From: Amoebophrya sp. A120 | Taxonomy: Eukaryota; Protista; Dinoflagellata | NCBI GenBank assembly: GCA_905178155.1 | Contig: CAJINV010000026.1 | Location: 328,289-392,288 of the forward strand | Length of the DNA stretch: 64,000 nucleotides | Direction: 5' to 3' | Shown: positions 1-13,009 of the stretch, piece after piece | Position numbering within the stretch: position 1 is the first letter of the stretch | Layout of the letters: each line of letters opens with the position of its first letter | Program-made: the position numbers and the translations under genes | Notes under the pieces: model-generated | Told to the model about the DNA's origin: nothing | What the model saw: the letters and a program-made list of their open reading frames with translations, nothing else | Database searches by the model: none

Positions 1-182
1 GGAGTCGGGGCATGGAAAAGTGCATATCAGCCACTGCGGCCCCTAGCTCTTTACGCCCCACCAGCAGCGTCACAGATACTGCAGCCGACAGCGGCCTACC
101 GCTTGACTGCGTCCTGGCTCATGACAAATCGAACGACATCTCGTTGTCTCGTCCGCTTCATGCATAAAAGTATTTCTGTATT

Positions 183-707
183 TCATTTGTACTTCTGCGC
201 ATCTTCACAGCTCCACAACCTCTCCCAAGACACCGACATAGTTCGCATTCGATAGCTCCGGCGCCTCTTGATGCCCTGCGGGAGCTTCTTGGTCGTCGTG
301 GTGCCGTTCTTCTCCCCATCCTCAATCGGACTGTCCGAGTTCTCCAGAGACTCCCGGATGTTTTGCACGGCGTCATGGTATATCAAATGTAAAAATGTCT
401 GGGTCTGGAATGTTGCCGGGTTTGTCATGCATATTTTGCATGATGTCTGTTATGCATGAACTTGCTGAACCTCCCTGATGCCTATTGCGCATGACAAACG
501 CCCTCCCTGCGTAGCACGAAATGGAGTCCTCTTGCTGGCCATGCAATACAAATCTTTTTGGAATCCAGAGACAGCGTCACAAGTCAGAATCTTCCAGACC
601 CAGACACTTTTGCATTTGATATGGTAGCGGCCTTTCGTCGTAGTGCTCGCGACGGTGGTGGCGAAGGGGGTAAGTGTATGGGAAGCAAAATGGCTGCCTT
701 TCTTCAC
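183..707 (-). CDS. Hypothetical protein, exons on either side of introner 381-621 (gene limits uncertain)
   Basis: Removing 381-621 plus one TGGTA joins ...TTVASTTTKGRYH to DAVQNIRESLENS... in frame. The upstream region has several stops, so the 5' structure is unresolved. Confidence 0.4.
381..621. mobile_element. Introner, family A (TIR plus 5-bp direct repeat non-canonical intron)
   Basis: TATCAAATGTAAAAATGTCTGGGTCTGGAA ... TTCCAGACCCAGACACTTTTGCATTTGATA, flanked by TGGTA/TGGTA. Confidence 0.9.
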
Positions 708-1602
708 TAAGAGCTGGAGCTGGGCCTGGTCCTTTCTTCATCAACGCAGAACAAGCAGGACTTGGTCCTCTTGCTTTGAGTAAAGCATTGCAATGCAATA
801 AAGTCCACTCGTGTACTGTAAGGCGAGTCTCTCAGCGTCAACTTCGCATCACCTCCTCCCAGAGCTCGGCTAGGTAGTTCTCATGATGAAAGTCAACTTT
901 TTTCAACTCCTAGAAGTTCCCATGCTTCCCGCAAAAGTCCACGATGTTCGTTTTGTTGGCGCTGGTCAGGCAGAGTGGACACGAGGAGTTCAGCCCGATG
1001 GTAAAGTTCCCGCACTCTTTGCCGCCGACAGAGGTGCTACTACTGCAGGCGCCATTGGAGGCGGTTCTCGAATGGTTTATCTGTGAAAGGGTTTCAGTCT
1101 AATGAAGAGCGCGCAAAATTGCATGCCACAAATATGCTCGTCCTGCTACGGAAGTATCGAGTCCTGCATTGCAAATTGCTAAAATGTCGACCAGCATTTA
1201 AGTGACGCGCGCGCTTACGTGAGTATGAGCTAAGTGTTGCAAAAGAGCGCAGTTTCTTTTAGTTGTTGCTTGCCACAGAACAAAACTTCTGCTCTAGGAA
1301 GGCCACAGAAAGCATCTAACTACATGCACAGATGAAGAAGATTAGGAGTCAAAGCGTACCATCTCCAGGGACAAGCTCTGCTGCACCTGCGGCATTGTCG
1401 CGCTCGAGAAACAAGTTCGCGGAAGTCCGGTGGTCGGGTCCGTTCCTGCGCCCGCCGCCGTAGCACACGCACCTCCCGGGGCGGTCGAGTTCCCAGCGTA
1501 TCCATCCGGAACCTCGAAACAAATTCGAATGCTGATCAATTGTGTCTGCCGTCTCTGAATAGAAAGCCCAAAGGAGTGCGCGAGGCTTTCCCTCTTAGTT
1601 AC

Positions 1603-2275
1603 TCAGACGCGCCTCGGCCATGCAGAGAAAGATTCACAAAGGGTTGCCTGATTTGGTTCGAGGCTTCGAATGGATACAGTTTGCGGAACCGCCGCCGCAG
1701 CTTGGATCTGGTCGTAGTACGAAAATGCCACGATCGTCGCGCCGATAACCCCGAGTATGAGTGCGGCGCTGACCAGCCCTGCTACGGTGAGCGGCGTGCA
1801 CCTGCTATCCTCAGCAAAAACTTCTCTGCCCCATAGCCGACTTCGGACCTCTACATAATCACAAAGACAGAAATTGCGGGAGTCACCACGCATCACAATT
1901 CATCCTCTGGCTTTTTGTAGTGCAGGTTAGCAAGGAAAGCCGCATCACAAATCCGTCGCCTTATCCTGTTTAAGCATTACAAATGCCAGAACTCGACTGG
2001 AAATGACTGTCATGGGGATGCGGATTACGAGTCTTATTGCCTTTGCAAATCTGCATAACAACTTTGGGGCGGGGAAGTTTTTCCTCAGGATGCTTGCGCT
2101 GCGATTCTTTTCTCGTTGTTGCGAGACGATCCTCCAGTTCGGGAATCTTAGTGCCGTTCTTTGCATCTCTCACCTCCTGCTTCAGCGCCTTCAGCTGGGC
2201 GGCTCTTATGTTCGTGTAGTTGTTTTCCCACTCTTTTTGCGCGTCAGTGAGCTTCGGCGGTGGACCCGGACGCAA
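1603..2275 (-). CDS. Hypothetical coiled-coil plus transmembrane protein (partial)
   Basis: Removing 1806-2092 plus one 5-bp repeat joins ...LATTRKESQRK to CTPLTVAGLVSAALILGVIGATIVAFSYY (hydrophobic helix). Confidence 0.6.
1806..2092. mobile_element. Introner, family B
   Basis: TATCCTCAGCAAAAACTTCTCTGCCCCA ... TGGGGCGGGGAAGTTTTTCCTCAGGATG; flanks CCTGC/CTTGC; homologous (inverted) to 63494-63772. Confidence 0.85.
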
Positions 2276-2432
2276 GGTATGCAGACGACACGCACTGGCT
2301 TAGCAGTTACGAGACCCGCCGGGCCATGTTTTCTTTCTTCGTGATGACAAACGGCCCAGCACAAGGCTGGGTTTTCTGACCGAAACACAGAAAAAACAGC
2401 GGGAAGACGATCAATCCCTGCCCATATTCATT

Positions 2433-2650
2433 TATCGACCCGCTGCAAATATGTCCGGATCTGGGAAATTGCGAGACTTGTCATGCTAGTCTGGCCCCTT
2501 GCTTGACATGCAGGCGCGCCGCTTCTCATACGGAATACACAACACAAAAACACTAAAAAATACGCTATGACTGGCGGCGCACTACAGTGCGTCTATTAGT
2601 CAGTGACCTGCGTCACAACATTCCAGACACAGACATATTCGCAACCCATA
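2433..2650. mobile_element. Degenerate introner, family A-like
   Basis: TGCAAATATGTCCGGATCTGG ... TTCCAGACACAGACATATTCGCA; flanks diverged (TCATT/TTACT). Confidence 0.6.
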
Positions 2651-3559
2651 TTACTCCACAAGCGGCACTAGGGTCAGTCAGTAGCCATCACGAAGCCAGC
2701 CGACGACTATGATCCGTCGGCGCCGGTAGGTGGCGCAGGAAAATAGTGGCCAGGCGTTCAGAGTGCAAAGCCTCGACGCAAATGCAACCAGCGCGCTCTC
2801 GTCTGGTACGTGCCCAGGTCCTTGACCTCCTGGTCGTAGTCTCTTCTGGGCCTGTGCGCGGGGTTGCTGTGTGCTGTTTCCGGTGCTCGCAGTGTGTCCT
2901 TCACGCCTTTGGCCAGCTTCTTCATAGCTGTGGCCATTTTCGTCGAAGAAGAAACTGAGGCCATTTTTACGGTTCTCATCGCGAGGCGCCTCAGTTGCTT
3001 ACTAGTGTTGAGGATGTTTGTGCTGCCGGGATTGAGCTAGTGGCAGGCAAGTGGCCCCGCCTGGCGTTCTCCGGGGGGACCCGGGCAGGCCTTGGCCTCA
3101 GCTCTCTCACTTTGCCGCGCGTGTCTCGGCGCGGGCCTTCTCTCTTTGGGGACAGGCGAAACACGCACACACGTGCGCCCACACAACAATGCTGCGCGCT
3201 GAGTACTAGTGGGGCCGGCCTGCTGCCGCTTTCTACATGCTGGCAAGGCCCCCACGCTGGTGGGGCCTAGGGTGGCGACGCAATGCAGGGAAGCCACTGG
3301 CGGCCCACTCGGCACGGCTGCAGTTGCCTGCGGAGAAGGCCGCCGCACAGGGGGAAGGCGCCTGGCCACGTGGGCGCGCCCCAAAATCTGAAGCAGGAAA
3401 GCCACAGACCCAACACGAAAAAACGCGAAGCCCAAAAACGGCGAAAACGTAGCAAAACAAAAGGCCGCGGGCCCGGCCACGTTTCGAAGGGTGGGGAACC
3501 GAAACAAGAAACACACGCAAAGAAAGCCCACAAAGCTGCGAAACAAGCGGAGGCCCGGG

Positions 3560-5540
3560 AAGGCGCACGGGGCAGGGGCCTCGCCACGAAAGCAGGCACC
3601 AAAACCAGGAGCACGGGGGCAGCAACTTCCGCACGAGGGGGCACCGGCCCGCAAAACCAAAAAAGCAGCAGAAAACGCACGAACGAGCGAACGCAGGAAG
3701 AAGGCCGCAGGCCTGGCCGCGTTTCGGCAGATGGAGAACGAACAGAGCGCCGCGCGCAGGGCGCCAGGGTTCGCATGGCTACGAAATAAGAAAAACCACG
3801 AGAGGGCGCCGCGGGGAGAGAACCCGCCAGAAAGGAAGTTGCCAAAACCCGGAACACAAGAGACGCAACGCGCGCCAACACGAGAAAAAGCGCGCGAAGC
3901 CGAAAAACGGCAGGAATTTGACAAGACAGGCTCTGCAGAAAGTCCGCGGGCGTGGCCGCATTTCGGCAGACGGAGAAGAAGAAAACTGCGCGCGCAGAGA
4001 GTTCAAAGGGCGACAAAACAAACAAAAACCACGAGAAACCGCACGGGAGAGAGATCCCGCCAAGAAAGAAGACGCCAAAACCCGGAACACAAAAGCGGCA
4101 ACANNNNNNNNNNNNNNNNNNNNNNNNNNNNNNNNNNNNNNNNNNNNNNNNNNNNNNNNNNNNNNNNNNNNNNNNNNNNNNNNNNNNNNNNNNNNNNNNN
4201 NNNGCGCGCAGAGAGTTCACAGAACGACAAAACAGGCAAAAACTACGAGAAACCGCACGGGAGGGAGATCCCGCCAAAAAAGAAGACGCCAAAACCCGGA
4301 ACACAAAAGCGGCAACTTCAACAGGAGAAAAAGCGAAGCCGAAAAACGGCAGGAATTTGAGAAAACAGGCTCTGCAGAAAGTCCGCGGGTGTGGGCGCAT
4401 TTCGGCAGACGGAGAAGAAAAAAATCGCGCGCGCAGAGAGTTCACAGAACGACAAAACAAGCAAAAACCACGAGAAGCCGCACGGGAGGGAGATCCCACC
4501 AAGAAAGAAGACGCCAAAACCCGGAACACAAAAGCGGCACGGCCAACACGGGAAAAAGCGAAGCCGAAAAACGTCAGGAATTTGACAAAACAGGCTCTGC
4601 AGAAAGTCCGCGGGTGTGGCCACATTTCGGCAGAAGGAGAAGAAAAAAACCGCGCGGGAGGGAGATCCCGCCAAGGGAGAAGACACCAAAACCCGGAACA
4701 CAAAAGCGGCAACGCCAAAACCAACGGGAAATAGCGAAGGCGGAAAACGGCAGGAATTTGGGAAAACAGGCTCTGCAGAGAGTCCGCGGGTGCGGGCGCA
4801 TTTCGGCAGACGGAGAAGAAAAAAATCGCGCGCGCAGAGAGTTCACAGAACGACAAAACAAGCAAAAACCACGAGAAACCGCACGGGAGGGGGATCCCGT
4901 TAAGAAAGAAGACGCCAAAACCCGGAACACAAAAGCGGCAACTTCTACACGGGAAAAAACGAAGGCGGGAAACGGCAGGAATTTGAGAAAACAGGCCCAG
5001 CAGAAAGTCCGCGGGTGTGGCCGCATTTCGCCAGACGGAGAAGAAAAAAACTGCGCGCGCAGAATGAAAGTTCGCAGGGCGGCGAAACAAGCAGGACCCC
5101 GAGAAAAGAAACACACGGGAGGGGGGTCCGTCGGTCCCTCCCCAGCAAGAAAACACACCCCGCAGAACGGCGGCCCGCGAAGGAATGCGGCAGCATTGCG
5201 GCGGGCGGGGGGGAAAAAAATCGCAAGCGCAGAGAATTCACAATCAAAACGGCGAATCAAGCAAGGAAAACCACAAGAAGGCACACGGGGGGGGGGCTCC
5301 ACCAAGAAAGAACGAAGGCGCCAAAACCTGCGGCGCGGGGTCGACGACTTCAAACGGGAGAGGGACGACAGAAATTTGGCAAAGCGCACAAAAAAAGAAC
5401 GAAGGCCCCCGGGTGCGGCCGCGTTTCATTCTCTCGGCAGAGAGACGGAGAAGAGAAAGGGCCTGACGCGCAGAAGGTTCGCGGAACTGCCTGCGAAACA
5501 AAAAGAGGCCCGGGAAAACACACGGGGGAGAGATCCCACC
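3560..5540. repeat. Purine-rich tandem array, ~225-bp unit
   Basis: GCGCGCAGAGAGTTCACAGAACGACAAAAC recurs at 4204, 4429 and 4830 (one unit internally deleted), with a variant at ~3990; units degrade at both edges. Confidence 0.9.
4104..4203. other. Assembly gap (100 N) inside the tandem array
   Basis: Run of N. Confidence 1.
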
Positions 5541-7901
5541 AAGAAAGGGGGCGCCACAAGAAACCTGGAACGCGCTGGCGACAGCTGAAGCACGGGAAAA
5601 CGGGCCGGGCAGCAGCAAAACCCGCGGCCGGGTCGGTAGGGCGCGCCCATGCTTGGGGGCGCGCAGGCTGGGCGCCGGGGCTTGGTTCGTTGCTTGGCGA
5701 AAGCGGCGCAGGGAAAACAGCGAAGGGCGCGCGGAAAAGCGAGCCCAGCTTCCCGGGGCCCGCCAAGGCAGTTGCTTCGCTGCGGGGCTTGGCCAGGGTG
5801 CGGGGGTTTGGAATGAGAGAGGCAGAGGCGCCCCCGGCGCGGCGGGCTACAAACCTGCAGGGCAACCCAAAGCCCGAGGGCGCCGGGCCCTTCCCGCTTT
5901 CCTGCTGGCCGGCTCCCCCACTCTTGATCGGCCGTCGGCATGCGTTTTGCGCGCCCGTTGCGATGGGGCGCAGCCGAGGCAGGGGCGGGGCGCGTAGCTC
6001 CGCCCAATAGGCTTCCAGCTAGGGCGCGACGGGGTCTCGCGGTGAGCATAATAGCTTTGCGCGCGTCTTTTTTCAAATTTCGCCACCTGGCCCCCGAGCG
6101 CCGCTGGCCAGTGGAAAAAGGCGGCAGTGCACGCAGGGCGCCACGCGTGCGCTCTGCAACAGAAGCGAAAAAAACAATCCAGCCGCCCCGGCGTCATCAA
6201 TGCGCAAACTTTGCCGAATATTGCGACGGGCTGCTAGCTTCGTGGCGCTTGTTCGTGTGTGAATGGGCGGGCGCCTGGGCACTGGTTTGCATGGATGCCC
6301 AGGATGGCCTAGCTCTGGCGCGCAAGTGGGGTCCCAGCAATAGTAGGCGAATGCGGGCGCCCGGGCGTGCTACACTTCTTTAACCGAAGCCATGGAGGGC
6401 GAAGACGGTGCAACGCAATTGCCCCAGCGCGCAATACCTCCAGCGCGCCGGGGCATCCATGCCAGCTGGTCTTTTGTGTTGGGATTTACTTCGCCGACGG
6501 CCTTAGGCGCTTCTCCCGCCTCGTCGTGGGTGCTATCATATCTGCGACAACACGCGGCGCGCAGGCTTTCGGCCTTAGCTAGGCCCTTTTACATATTGCA
6601 GGCGTCTGTCTAGAAGAAACCTAGGGCAATATCATTAGCCACCCTTCTGTAGCGCTCGCACTTCGTTCGAGTAGCATTCCCGGGAACAAAATAAGAGCCA
6701 GCCGCCTCGGCTCTTGCGTCTTTGCTCTAGCTGTGGTCACTGGCGATGAAGTGCGCGCGCAAGTGTGCGCGTTTTTGGTGATGATTCAAATCGTCTCGGC
6801 GTTCAGCCTTACATTGTCATTACATCGCCTTCTGTTCTTTTTCTCCCCTGTAAGTAATCTCGTTAGCTGTTGGATTGGGGTTTGCTCACTCTCAAAAGAC
6901 GCCGCGGAAGAAGTGCTTTCGTTTCTGTGCGCATCTTCGATATTCGCAAATCAGGAGACATCCGCGTCCACCCTGGCGATCGGCGTGTCAGGCGAGTTGT
7001 TATTCCGACCGGGTTTGCCAGAGTGTGTCTATTGCTATGAGTAGTAAAAAAAATCCCAGTTGTCACCACGCCATGTGGTCCAAAGATGCATGAATGTTCT
7101 GGGCCGGTTTTTTTCTGCGAGATTTCAGGCTCCGCTGGCGGGCGAAGGCGTGTTTTCAATGCATTTCTGGCAGAACAATCTCCCTGGCAGTAAATTTTCG
7201 ACCACGGCGTGCTGCGGCAAACATCAGCATCTGGCAAAAAACGCACCGCCGGAACATTTTATACAAAAATCTATAGTCTAATACCTATAGGGCATTTTTG
7301 GACATCAGTGGCAATGTGAAAAATGAAGTACCAAGTGGATAGCTTCGCTCTGCTGTGCCTCTGTCAGGTTTGGGTGCAGGAAGCGGGGCAGCGTCCATAC
7401 AAAACCTATCGGGCACACGGGACTTCCCTCCTTTTTCTCTTCTCTGTGCAGTTGTGGGGGGAAGCTTTTTTTTTGCATTGATGGCACTGAAAAGTTGAAC
7501 CGGCATGATATGCAATTCGGTGCTTGAGGTCTTACGCTTGCTCTGGTCGGAACAAAATCCAAATTGAAATGCAAACCAAAAAAAAAAATGCAAGCCGCGA
7601 ATCGGTTTTGGTAGGATACTTAAGGTCGAAGAAGCTTGGATCGCCTGCCCGATCGGCGGATTCACTTTGTCTAGTATGCGCTGTTTGGTTCTATGCACAG
7701 CTAACTTATCATCTAGGTGTCTGGTCAGATGACGTCGACCTTGACATCTGTAAATCCAAATAGAACTTCTACAGCGTCAAAATAAACGACTTCGGGTGGC
7801 GCGGGGAGGCCGGGTGTATCAAGTCAGAAACCTGTAATGGATACGGACTCGACGAAAACCATCTTACTGAACGTCTACGCTTTTTGACACCTAAGCTATA
7901 A

Positions 7902-8147
7902 TATCAAATGCAAACGTGTTTGGGTCTGGAAGAATGCAAGATTTGTCATGCATATTTCTCATGACCCATGATTGTCTGTGATGTATGCTCTACTAGCATC
8001 ACAGATTTTTGGAACCCTTCCTGTTGGTCCCTCCGCATGAGAAATGCACTGTCCGTGTAGCAAAAACTGCAATACAAACTTTCTTAGAGTCCAAGAACAG
8101 CGTGACAAGTTGCAATCTTCTAGACCCAGACACTTTTGCAGTTGATA
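7902..8147. mobile_element. Introner, family A
   Basis: TATCAAATGCAAACGTGTTTGGGTCTGGAA ... TCTAGACCCAGACACTTTTGCAGTTGATA; flanks TATAA/TATAA. Confidence 0.9.
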
Positions 8148-8797
8148 TATAAGCTTGCTGCAGCATAGCTTGTTTTTATTTCGTTCGCCACGTGCTGTTT
8201 GACTGCTGCCGGTGCTGCGTCGGGTCCCGGGTAATCGTCTTTCGCGTCGTCAAGGTCGTGCCGACTGTTACCATCGTCCAGTGCATATCCTGGAGAGACT
8301 TGCCTGGTCCAATAAAAGAAGTTCATGGCTTGTCACGACCTCTTGGTGTTCTCGTTGTGGTGACCTTGTGTATTACTAAGTCCGTTCCTTTATGCAGCAA
8401 ATAGCACTCCTTCCTTTATGCAAATGCAATTTCTCCATGCGAACACGACTTGTTGGAGGCGCGCGGAAATCTGTGGGCCCGAAGACCGGCGGCACAAAAA
8501 CACAAGCACTGCAATTTCGCTGATGCAAGCAAGTTTACAGGCAATATGACCCAGATGACGTCCAGTCCATCGTCCAGCAAGGAAAAAGTGGTCTCCCGGG
8601 TGGTAGATACAGAGGAAAAACACCGTGAGCGCATGACTAAAATATGGCACTGCAGGCCGTTCTGCAATTCTGCATTACAGATTTGATGCGTGACGGAATC
8701 TTCTTGCGCATGAAAGTTTCAAGCTGCCACAGCTTTTATTGGAGTAGCAGTGCTAAATCAATAAACGTGGCGCACATACGTGCTCATACGTTCTGGA

Positions 8798-10208
8798 TCA
8801 GTTCCTGGCTACAAAGCAGATCAAGCCACAGCTTTCCGTTGCCCCATTGGGATTGCACCTGCCGGTTGGTTCTTCGATCGGCGCGTCCCTTGTTGGCAGA
8901 GCGAGGTCCCAGGGCGTGGCGGTCCAGCAGTTCCTCGAGGCGATGACGAGCAAGAAGAGGACCAAAACTACGCTCGGTACGCAGAGTCCTATGTTTCGGC
9001 AAGACGCGCCAGGGGCTCTACCACCCGCGGTCGGGGGCGCCTGCGGTCCTTGCGTCGGGGAGTTCGCGGTGTTTGACATGCTGGCCTCCTCGGGCCGGTC
9101 TCGATTGCCCATGCGTTGGTCTGCGTCGGGTGATGCACTCCAAAGGCCGGTCGTCGAGTTGGTGACCTTGTTCGCTACGTTTGCTGCGGTTGCGAGGCCT
9201 CTGGTCGCCGCGGTTTCTTTCGTGTCGACGGCTGACCCGGGTGCGAGATCCGATTTGCTGTTCGCGTCGACGACGGTCATCAAGTTCTCGACTTTGTTCT
9301 TGCCGATACGGTCGTGTATGGGATTTAAAGTAGTATAATTTCCACGAAGGAGGTCACAGCTGGGTCACAGTCTTGCTTTTTGCAACCAATAATTCACATC
9401 ATGACATCAAGTGTACTAACAGAAGCTGTCACAGCTGCACTGGCGAAGGAACTTGTGGTCTCCTCGGATGGAAACATACACGATTCGTCGATGCCATAGT
9501 CCGCGCCATCTGCTCGGTGGTGACGAAGGCCGCGGTCTTTGCGCTGATCGTCTGCTCCATTTGTTCCGCTGTCACAAATTTCGCCGTCGAGCTGCCGACT
9601 TCCGCTGCGACCTGGTCTTTTGACACCAGGTTGCTGGTGCCCTCCGCTATCTTTTTGTCGACGTCAGCGGGGGTCGCAAACTTCGAGTCCAACAGCGCGA
9701 ACTGCTGCTCCAGATCCGGTTTCGACACAAAATTTCCATTGGTTATTTGCGACGCAAGGTCGTCGATGCGTCCGACGAGGGCCGTCGTTTCCGCAGCGAT
9801 GTCCTTCTGGAACTTGTCGAACGATTCCTGCTGCGCGCCGACGAACTCCTGCTGCCCCTTCCGCAGTGCCGCGTCGTTGTTTAGGTGTTCTTCCTGCAGG
9901 CCGTCGAGTGCCTTTCTGTTTTCATCCCGCAGCGACCGCTCCAAGTGGGTTACGGTATCTTCTAACGATTGGCGCAACTGGTCCACTATCCTGGTCTCGG
10001 CCGTGTTTATCTTGCTGTCGTGCCACGCCTGGAAGTCTTCTCGGATGTTCTTGGATATCTCCACCTCCCTGGTGCCGAGTTCCTGCAACAGCTCCTCTTT
10101 CACCACGTTGATACGGGCATCGAAGGTTGCCCTGTCCTCGCTGGCTCCGTCCGTTCCGCCACTTGCGGAGCCGGTTGCTCCTGGAACGCCGGCTCCGGCG
10201 GTCGCCAT
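8798..10208 (-). CDS. Hypothetical coiled-coil protein with C-terminal hydrophobic segment, probably 2 or more exons
   Basis: ORF 9429-10304 (MATAGAG...KEELLQELG..., repeats FVTAEQMEQT/FVTTEQMART) followed by ORF 8798-9283 with VVLVLFLLVIA. Confidence 0.65.
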
Positions 10209-10521
10209 TCCCAGGCGCTGCTTGAGTTGGCTGCAGCAAGAGTGGCGGCGTGTCCTACCTACGCCTCTTTGTATGAAATTGCAAAACTCCCCCTCCGACT
10301 CCATTGCAAATGTAAAGGCAGAACTCGAATGCTAGTTGGTCTTGCGCGTCAGGCACAACAGCTTGCGTGACAAATTACAGCACCCCAAGCAAAACGCTTG
10401 CCCATCTCTCGCGGAACTGCAGTGCTGCAACAGCGTTTGTCTCTCGTATCCTTTTCGCCATGCTTGTTGAAGGACCTGGATGGGCTGTTTTGCATTCTCA
10501 TGCCCTTTCGTCAGATGCGGT

Positions 10522-11763
10522 CAGGCGGACAGAGGGCGCCGGGCTTTTTCGTTAAAATCATGCTGAAAATCTGCTAAAAATTTTTTTGCCCTACCAAGAC
10601 ACGCGCCAGATGCGCGAACGCCAACAAAATGGGGCAGCGGCCCCTTCTGGCCCCGGCCCGAGGGAAAGCGGGGCAACCGGGGCCGAAGGCCGTCCTCTTC
10701 CCCTCCTAAAAACCCGCCCAAGCCCGACTGTGCGCCACCCGCCAAGCGGACACGGCAAACACGCCAGGAACCAGACTGGGGGCCAACCGGACCGAGAAGG
10801 ATACAAAAAGACAACGCGGGGCGAGCTTTCGCGCAATTCGCCGGAACCCCAAATGGCCAAAGGCGCAGAACCAACCCACCGCGGCCTGCGGCGGACCTTG
10901 CGAAACACCCACACCCGCGTGGGGCCCGAAGCACTGAATCGCCCCCCCTTTCCCAAGGGATGGGGGGGGCGGCGGAATTGCTAAACTTCTGCTAATTCTC
11001 TGCTAATTCAGTGCTAATTCCAGTGGTACTACACCGGAAATCGGAGCCCCGACGCGAAGTCTTCGTCTGCTAAAATGTCTGCTAAAGTGGTTGCTAAAAT
11101 CATTGCTAATTTTCTGCTAAAATGCAAAACCCAACAAAACGCTCCCATTTTGAAGGGTCAGGCATTTTAGCAGCAGAATTAGCAATGCGTTTAGCAGCCC
11201 AAGTAGCGATTTTAGCAGTACCCAAAAATGGCAACTCCGGAGCCAACTCCGGTAGGTTTTCCGACCCCTGTCGGAGGTCCGGATGCCCCCTCCCGAAACC
11301 AGAAAAGAGCCCAGCCGAAAATAAGCAAGATCGCCTTCCGGCGCGAAATCTTCAACAACCGAAGTCGGCCGATGGAGATTTCTTTCCGGAGCTGCGCATC
11401 TTGCAGGTTTTCCAAGGTCCTGCGAGATTGCCTGGGGCGGAGGGCGAAGGCGTGGCGAAGAGGCGCGGCGCCCCAACGAAGGCTTCCACGCCTTCGCCGC
11501 GGTTCCCCCCAAGCCCGCCGCCAGAAATTACAGGAAGGAAAACCGGCGGCACCCGCCGAAGCAAAAAAGACAGGGCCAAGGGGGCAGGCCCTGGGAGTTC
11601 TATGCGCCGGCCGGCATCTTTCAAGAGCCTGCGGGGGGCGCAAAGAAAAAGCACGCGGGCCGGCTTGGGAACCAGCAGAACGACGCCGGGGGGTCGGTCT
11701 TTTTCTTTTAGCAGTTTTTTAGCCTTTTTTAAGCGGGAAAATCCGGCGGCATGTGTCCGCCTG
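10522..11763. mobile_element. Non-autonomous hAT-like DNA transposon (MITE)
   Basis: Imperfect ~60-bp TIRs beginning CAGGCGGACA; 8-bp flanks GATGCGGT/AATGCGGT; internal TGCTAA clusters (10979-11120) mirrored by TTAGCA clusters (11167-11216). Confidence 0.75.
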
Positions 11764-12772
11764 AATGCGGTGTCACGAACTGCGCATGTATGTCTGTGCG
11801 TGTCTAGGAAGTAGATGCAGAAAAGAAGTATCGCGATACTACATGGAAACGCACTCGACTCTCTGTCCTTGTGATAAAGAGCAAGAAGACGTCGCCAAAG
11901 CCAAAAAAAAACCCGATGGACTGACTTTGTGAGACGGACAAGACACAACGCAAAAACCAATCCGACAAGAACTTTGCACGGACAGTCAGCTAAAATCCGT
12001 TCAATCGGAACACTTGGCAAATGAAAAGCTTCTGCTTTGTGGAAGCGCAGAACGGGGCAGCTCGCTTCTTGTTATTTTTCACAAACATTGCTTGTTGTAC
12101 ATAAACATACCTGATTCAGATTATTCGTTCGTATTCCCGAGTGGGCTGATGTCCTCTGTATGTTACAGGAGTTGTATTCGACTTCGTACTAAATCCAGAA
12201 ACCACGCAGGGCTTTCTGCTAGTTTTCCCAACCGCTAACGTTGTGTTTACATACAGACTTGCATTTTTAGCCCAAGTTCGTAGGGGTATGAGCTCGCGCT
12301 CCTTTTAGTTCGATTTCAGAAGACGAATGAGTTACATTGAAGCCTTTGCATATTCTAATTACTCCAAACATTCTTACTTAGTTTTGAGAAAGTGCGTGTC
12401 TGTTCCTGCCTAGTCCTCTCTCTCTCTCTCTCAAGCATCACAACCGGCGCAGCCGAACTGTGCACGAAGTAAGTAGTTGCTTGTTTTGTCCCAGCGGACT
12501 TTTGTGATATTGGGGCCGAATGAATGCCACGCCAGTTTATGGAATTATTCCGGCAGCTTTTGAAATAAAACAAGAATCGTAACAAAATTCCACAAAAACT
12601 GTTCGCTTCATATTGATTACCTGCGGGTGACGTTGATTTGAGAAAAAACGCCATCTTCGGGGCTTTCTTACATTTATTTTTCCATAAACGCAAAAGCGCT
12701 CTTCGACGAAATTTTCCCTACTAGAGGAACGTAAGTGAAGGTCGAAAGCGTGGTGGCGTTTTTTCTGGATAC

Positions 12773-13009
12773 AGGTTTCCTAATCAACAAAAACTTTGTA
12801 TCTGTGCCCATTATCTGGACGAGGGAATCGTGATGGTAACTTTCTGTGCAGGTTTCCTAATCAACAAAAACTTTGCATCTGTTCCCATTATGATTATCTG
12901 GACGAGGGAATCGTGATGATAACTTTCTGTGTAGGTTTCCTAATCAACAAAAACTTTGTATCTGTCCCCATTATCTGGACGAGGAAATCGTGATGATAAC
13001 TTTCTGTGC
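12773..13009. repeat. Three tandem copies of a ~80-bp unit
   Basis: AGGTTTCCTAATCAACAAAAACTTTG...ATTATCTGGACGAGG..ATCGTGATG x3. Confidence 0.9.

Noticed and set aside
840-1075. In-frame TAG/TGA codons as evidence of genome-wide stop-codon reassignment
   Set aside because: Long exons elsewhere (about 1000 codons at 60.2-63.2 kb and 748 codons at 44.7-46.9 kb) have no internal stops; unresolved introns or decay are more likely.
3267-5588. Long ORFs (629 aa and 556 aa) on both strands
   Set aside because: Explained by a 225-bp tandem unit with skewed composition, and they span an N gap; no domain signal.
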